A model generated the notes under the pieces. The model was not told the DNA's origin and made no database searches. It worked only from the letters and a program-made list of their open reading frames with translations. DNA of 64,000 nucleotides from NCBI GenBank assembly GCA_964016885.1, contig OZ024760.1, positions 27,528,001-27,592,000 on the forward strand, given 5' to 3'. Position 1 is the first letter of the stretch; each line of letters starts with the position of its first letter. This stretch comes from Eledone cirrhosa. Its lineage: Eukaryota. The translations under genes and the position numbers were made by a program. Of the stretch, positions 57,714-64,000 are shown in pieces.

Positions 57714-58192
57714 CTGTTTGGTGCGAGCAACGGCTAAAAAAGTCGTTGGGACACGTAAATAGAGGGAACGAGCGAGACATGCAAACAAACAAAGATGGTA
57801 ATGCAACGAAAAGTGAGGAAGAAGGAGTCAAGTCCCTTCTTCCTCCCGTTTGACCTGTGCGAGATTCTATCCTCACTCACACTTCGACCAGGTTGGATGG
57901 CCTTTATTCTCTCTCGTCTACGATTTCACAGAACTTATGTTCATCGATTTCAGGGACTTGACTCCTTCTTCCTCACTTTTCGTTGCATTACCTTCTTTGT
58001 TTGTTTACTGTCTCGCTCGTTCCCCCTATTTACGTGTCCTAACGACTTTCTTTAGCCGTTGCTCGCACCAACCAGAGGTATATGGTCTTTAAAGCGATGA
58101 AATACCAATGAAGGCTGGAAGATCACTGATGAAGGACTAATTTTATTCATATGTAACCCATTTGCAACCGCGCAAATGGGTTACATATGAAT
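57709..58192. mobile_element. Foldback element (57709-58081) plus tail and terminal hairpin (58145-58192)
   Basis: Arms of about 130 bp. The tail is homologous to 33865-33943. Hairpin ATTCATATGTAACCCATTTGC-aaccgc-GCAAATGGGTTACATATGAAT. Confidence 0.8.
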
Positions 58193-58198
58193 ATATGT

Positions 58199-58356
<158 letters not shown>

Positions 58357-58450
58357 CTATCTATCTATATCTGTCTATATCTCTCTCCATCACTCCAGAT
58401 CTAACTATATATATCTATATATCTATCTGTCTGTCTTATGTGTATGTGTG

Positions 58451-58511
<61 letters not shown>

Positions 58512-58649
58512 ATCTATCTATCTACTGTTACCGGCTTGCATGTTCGTGCCTCGAGACAACGTTCGTCAACCGGGACGTTTCATGTTCGGAAAAATTATTC
58601 ATGAAGAAACTTATTCATAATGAGAGCCGCCCGTGAACCGAGGTTTCAC

Positions 58650-58703
<54 letters not shown>

Positions 58704-58753
58704 AGTATGTATGTATACGTACATTTATATATGTATACAGACGTACAGTAGCA

Positions 58754-58793
<40 letters not shown>

Positions 58794-58844
58794 TATACAC
58801 ATATGCATACAGGTACACATACATATATGCACGCATCAGTTTAG

Positions 58845-59246
58845 CCGACGTTTATTATAACGCCTGCTTTGTTCGTTTGTTTGTCAACAAATCGAACAGC
58901 CTGAATTTATGCCATACGGTGTTAAGGCAACCACGTCACCTTTTTGTTCAACACTGACACAGGAACGATGTACTAGTTTCAAGCTTGTTAGCTATCATCA
59001 GCACCGTTTACCCATCTGCCAGATAGTTGAACGTTCGAAAGTATATACTTTCCTTATGAAAATTAACGGCTGAGCAGCCTAATTTGCATATTGAGTGAGT
59101 TAAATCGGTCAGGCATACAGAAAACGATAAGTTGAAAAAAATGAAAACGAAATTTCATTTCTCACTCTTAGTATGGCACTTACTTTTAAGTAAGTGCCAT
59201 ACTAAGAGTGAGAAATGAAATTTCGTTTTCATTTTTTTCAACTTAT
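58845..59246 (-). mobile_element. Diverged single-copy relative of the 465-bp unit, with hammerhead (58964-59008) and terminal foldback (59127-59246)
   Basis: Collinear motifs ACTAGTTTC, TCATCAGCA, TTTACC.ATCT, TATGAAAATTA, GCAG.C.AAT.TGCA. Hammerhead AACGGTG-CTGATGA-TAGCT aaca AGCTT-GAA-AC ta GT-A-CATCGTT. Confidence 0.75.
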
Positions 59247-59290
59247 ATATATATAGTTAAAAGAATAGAGGTGTAACACACAAGTTATTA

Positions 59291-59829
59291 TATATTGGTA
59301 AACGGAATAGAAAATGCTGACAAATTGTTCACAGTTGAAAAATGGTTTAATTAGTAATAAAAGAGTATTAGTGATTGTATGGGTTAGTATTCAGTTGTGG
59401 TTTTAAGTTTTTAAGTTTTTACCGGTTGCGCATTTCTAAATGCTTTTCAAAAATAATTTTGAGATAGAGTGTCCGTGTTGTTTGCTCTGATCTGATTAGT
59501 TTTGGGAATTCTACCTGTTTTTATGTTAAAAAAGTGGCTCCAATTTGCAAAAATTCTTGTGGTCAAAACAATTTTGATTGGTCGGTAGAGGTCATGTGAA
59601 TGTAAAAAATTGATTTTGCGCCAAGACTGTTTTTATGTTAAAAAAGTGGCTCCAGCAAAAATTCTTGTGGTCAAAAGAATTTAGAAATGCGCAACCGGTA
59701 AAAACTTAAAAACTTAAAACCACAACTGAATACTAACCCATACAATCACTAATACTCTTTTATTCCTAATTAAACCATTTTTCAACTGTGAACAATTTGT
59801 CAGCATTTTCTATTCCGTTTACCAATATA
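59291..59829. mobile_element. Foldback element, arms about 150 bp
   Basis: TATTGGTAAACGGAATAGAAAATGCTGAC... is inverted relative to ...GTCAGCATTTTCTATTCCGTTTACCAATA; ends in (TA)n. Confidence 0.85.
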
Positions 59830-59865
<36 letters not shown>

Positions 59866-60059
59866 CACCATATTTTCATAAAATAAGTCTCAAAAATCTA
59901 CCATGCGTCCTGGACACCAAATGTTGTTTATTACTTTATTTTTTTAATTTTTGATTGTCAAAATTAGGGTTCGTCCTCGAGGACGAAGTGTCTTCGGCGC
60001 TGGGAGATACGGTATATACAAGTGTGTGTCTGTGTGTGTGTGTGTGAGAGTGTGAGTGA

Positions 60060-60102
<43 letters not shown>

Positions 60103-60298
60103 AGTGTATATATACATATATATATATATTCGTGAATAAAATGCCGATAAGATATGACTTGCAATAAGTAGGAGCTAACGTGTTCAATTTGTACTTAAAG
60201 ACATTCAAAATGGTTAATTACAAGTTGTTCTTTGTGCATGACTGCGGCTGATAAAATATATATAACGTAATGTAGCAAAACGTAACACACACACACAC

Positions 60299-60346
<48 letters not shown>

Positions 60347-60454
60347 CATACCTAATTCATACATATACTACACATACAAACATACATCAAATACATTAAA
60401 TGTATTTATGCGTGACTGCGATTGATTCGATAAAATATATAATGTAATATGGCT

Positions 60455-60526
<72 letters not shown>

Positions 60527-60825
60527 ATATATATATATATACATACACACCCACTTACATTTAAAGAAATCACGTATAGATTTTTATCTAAATGTTTGAC
60601 AAGTAGCTGATGACAAAGGTTCTTTTGTTGTTTGTTCGGTCACTCAAGTTCGAAATATATGGCATTCGATGTCCTTCGGTAGAGCCCTTGGTGTGTTGTT
60701 GTTGTTGTTCTTGTTATAGTTGTTGTTGTAGCGACGCGCATTGAAGCCATGAACACAACATCCAATGATATTTTTTTCTTAGAAAATATATTCAAAGAAA
60801 AATAAAGGAGCTGATCATGAGATAA

Positions 60826-63800
60826 GACCGATGAAACTATGTTTCCATTGGTCTTTCCATTACTGATACTACCTGTAGATTGTCAGATCAGACCAAAGAA
60901 ACAATGTTTCCATTGGTCTTTCCATTACTGATACTATCTGTCGATTGTCAGATCAGACCAAGGAAACAATGTTTCCATTGGTCTTTCCATTACTGATACT
61001 ACCTCTAGATTGTCAGATCTGACCAAGGAAACTATGATTCCATTGGTCTTACCATTACTGATACTATCTGTAGATTGTCAGATCAGGCTAAGGAAACAAT
61101 GTTTCCATTGGTCTTTCCATTACTGATACTATCTGTAGATTGTCAGATCTGACCAAGGAAACAATGTTTCCATTGGTCTTTCCATTACTGATACTATCTG
61201 TAGATTGTCAGATCTGACCAGGGAAACAATGTTTCCATTGGTCTTTCCATTACTGATACTATCTGTAGATTGTCAGATCTGACCAAGGAAACAATATTTC
61301 CATTGGTCTTTCCATTACTGATACTATCTGTAGATTGTCAGATCTGACCAAGGAAACAATGTTTCCATTGGTCTTTCCATTACTGATACTATCTGTAGAT
61401 TGTCAGATCTGACCAGGGAAACAATGTTTCCATTGGTCTTTCCATTACTGATACTATCTGTAGATTGTCAGATCTGACCAAGGAAACAATATTTCCATTG
61501 GTCTTTCCATTACTGATACTATCTGTAGATTGTCAGATCTGACCAGGGAAACAATGTTTCCATTGGTCTTTCCATTACTGATACTATCTGTAGATTGTCA
61601 GATCTGACCAGGGAAACAATGTTTCCATTGGTCTTTCCATTACTGATACTATCTGTAGATTGTCAGATCAGGCTAAGGAAACAATGTTTCCATTGGTCTT
61701 TCCATTACTGATACTATCTGTAGATTGTCAGATTTGACCAAGGAAACAATGTTTCCATTGGACTTTCCATTACTAATACTATCTGTAGATTGTCAGATCT
61801 GACCAAGGAAACAATGTTTCCATTGGTCTTTCCATTACTGATACTATCTGTAGATTGTCAGATCTGACCAAGGAAACAATGTTTCCATTGGTCTTTCCAT
61901 TACTGATACTATCTGTAGATTGTCAGATCTGACCAAGGAGACAATGTTTCCATTGGTCTTTCCATTACTGATACTATCTGTGGATTGTCAGATTTGACCA
62001 AGGAAACAATGTTTCCATTGGTCTTTCCATTACTGATACTATCTGTGGATTGTCAGATTTGACCAAGGAAACAATGTTTCCATTGGTCTTTCCATTACTG
62101 ATACTATCTGTGGATTGTCAGATTTGACCAAGGAAACAATGTTTCCATTGGTCTTTCCATTACTGATACTATCTGTAGATTATCAGATCAGGCTAAGGAA
62201 ACAATGTTTCCATTGGTCTTTCCATTACTGATACTATCTGTAGATTGTCAGATCTGGCCAAGGAAACAATGTTTCCATTGGTCTTTCCATTACTGATACT
62301 ATCTGTAGATTGTCAGATCTGACCAGGGAAACAATGTTTCCATTGGTCTTTCCATTACTGATGCTATCTGTAGATTGTCAGATCTGACCAGGGAAACAAT
62401 GTTTCCATTGGACTTTCCATTACTGATACTATCTGTAGATTGTCAGATCTGACCAAGGAAACAATGTTTCCATTGGACTTTCCATTACTGATACTATCTG
62501 TAGATTGTCAGATCAGGCCATGGAAACAATGTTTCCATTGGACTTTCCATTACTGATACTATCTGTAGATTGTCAGATCTGACCAGGGAAACAATGTTTC
62601 CATTGGTCTTTCCATTACTGATGCTATCTGTAGATTGTCAGATCTGACCAGGGAAACAATGTTTCCATTGGACTTTCCATTACTGATACTATCTGTAGAT
62701 TGTCAGATCTGACCAAGGAAACAATGTTTCCATTGGACTTTCCATTACTGATACTATCTGTAGATTGTCAGATCTGACCAAGGAAACAATGTTTCCATTG
62801 GTCTTTCCATTACTGATACTATCTGTAGATTGTCAGATCAGGCCATGGAAACAATGTTTCCATTGGTCTTTCCATTACTGATACTATCTGTAGATTGTCA
62901 GATCTGACCAAGGAAACAATGTTTCCATTGGTCTTTCCATTACTGATACTATCTGTAGATTGTCAGATCTGACCAGGGAAACAATGTTTCCATTGGTCTT
63001 ACCATTACTGATACTATCTGTAGATTGTCAGATCTGACCAGGGAAACAATGTTTCCATTGGTCTTACCATTACTGATACTATCTGTAGATTGTCAGATCT
63101 GACCAAGGAAACAATGTTTCCATTGGTCTTTCCATTACTGATACTATCTGTAGATTGTCAGATCTGACCAGGGAAACAATGTTTCCATTGGTCTTTCCAT
63201 TACTGATGCTATCTGTAGATTGTCAGATCTGACCAAGGAAACAATGTTTCCATTGGTCTTTCCATTACTGATACTATCTGTAGATTGTCAGATCTGACCA
63301 GGGAAACAATGTTTCCATTGGTCTTTCCATTACTGATACTATCTGTAGATTGTCAGATCTGACCAAGGAAACAATATTTCCATTAGTCTTTCCATTACTG
63401 ATACTATCTGTAGATTGTCAGATCTGACCAGGGAAACAATGTTTCCATTGGTCTTTCCATTACTGATACTATCTGTAGATTGTCAGATCTGACCAGGGAA
63501 ACAATGTTTCCATTGGTCTTTCCATTACTGATACTATCTGTAGATTGTCAGATCTGACCAGGGAAACAATGTTTCCATTGGTCTTTCCATTACTGATACT
63601 ATCTGTAGATTGTCAGATCTGACCAAGGAAACAATATTTCCATTGGTCTTTCCATTACTGATACTATCTGTAGATTGTCAGATCTGACCAGGGAAACAAT
63701 GTTTCCATTGGTCTTTCCATTACTGATACTATCTGTAGATTGTCAGATCTGACCAAGGAAACAATATTTCCATTGGTCTTTCCATTACTGATACTAACTG

Positions 63801-64000
63801 TAGATTGTCAGATCTGACCAGGGAAACAATGTTTCCATTGGTCTTTCCATTACTGATACTATCTGTAGATTGTCAGATCTGACCAAGGAAACAATATTTC
63901 CATTGGTCTTTCCATTACTGATACTATCTGTAGATTGTCAGATCTGACCAGGGAAACAATGTTTCCATTGGTCTTTCCATTACTGATACTATCTGTAGAT
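60826..64000. repeat. 65-bp satellite, about 49 copies, runs off the window
   Basis: Unit GACCAAGGAAACAATGTTTCCATTGGTCTTTCCATTACTGATACTATCTGTAGATTGTCAGATCT. Confidence 0.97.

Noticed and set aside
60826-64000. CRISPR-like array (palindromic repeat at regular spacing)
   Set aside because: The sequence between hairpins is the same in every unit, so there are no unique spacers. No cas genes; eukaryotic context.

Overview
Eukaryotic, very microsatellite-rich animal DNA. The SINE content and (TA)n/(TACA)n load suggest a cephalopod mollusc such as octopus; this is inference, not proven. The only host protein gene I can support is a single-ORF atonal-family bHLH gene on the minus strand (21615-22778). 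The rest is mobile DNA: an apparently intact Tx1/L1-clade LINE ORF2 (<3-2837), RTE and CR1-type LINE relics, two tRNA-headed SINE families, a non-autonomous Helitron, MITEs, and several satellites. Two of these satellites visibly derive from a SINE or a LINE. The most striking signal is a dense population (about 20) of short non-coding foldback (inverted-repeat) elements sitting in (TA)n tracts. They belong to several unrelated sequence families, and many carry type I hammerhead ribozyme motifs with palindromic stem III and compensatory changes between copies. One family is amplified as a near-perfect 7 x 465-bp head-to-tail array capped by an inverted copy (43119-46891), with one hammerhead per unit. 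This looks like a Penelope-type pLTR/retrozyme system of non-autonomous ribozyme retroelements that target TA microsatellites. Almost all other ORFs in the track are microsatellite translation artefacts.
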